Assembly (NCBI GenBank): GCA_012862495.1
Contig: BLSG01000325.1
Span: 58,916-78,915 of the forward strand
Direction of reading: 5' to 3'
DNA: 20,000 nucleotides
From: Thraustochytrium aureum
Taxonomy: Eukaryota
Below the pieces are notes generated by a model, which had not been told where the DNA came from, did no database searches, and saw only the letters and a program-made list of their open reading frames with translations. Shown one piece after another: positions 19,971 through 20,000 of this stretch (position 1 is its first letter; each line of letters starts with the position of its first letter). Position numbers and translations under genes: made by a program.

Positions 19971-20000
19971 GTCGTGGCTGCGTGCGTGCAGGCCAGGTCG

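Noticed and set aside
1..20000. Operon, biosynthetic cluster or defence island
   Set aside because: The genes are functionally unrelated and alternate in strand. No transposase, integrase, viral hallmark, terminal repeat or RNA gene was recognised.

Overview
GC-rich, gene-dense, intron-poor eukaryotic scaffold, not prokaryotic, with four N-gaps (9104-9902, 12487-13091, 15032-15231, 18473-18849). The gene content suggests a flagellated stramenopile-type protist, possibly thraustochytrid-like; this taxon is an inference only. About ten protein-coding genes alternate in divergent and convergent pairs: the 3' part of a bestrophin-like membrane protein, a HINT histidine-triad hydrolase, a secreted Cys-rich repeat protein with an inserted LamG/ConA-like domain, argininosuccinate synthase, an MDR-family quinone oxidoreductase (5' end in a gap), an orphan multi-TM/coiled-coil protein, a SAXO5/TEX45-like repeat protein, an orphan with an SKSA repeat, a SEC14 (CRAL-TRIO+GOLD) protein and a methyltransferase-like protein. 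There are several short tandem repeats. I found no RNA genes, mobile elements or CRISPR array. The most notable observations are four reading-frame discontinuities that all have the same register (-1/+2), mitochondrial-type presequences followed by a second Met on ASS and HINT, and a whole domain inserted inside one Cys-repeat unit. I see no convincing novel multi-gene system, and assembly error is a real alternative for the frameshifts.
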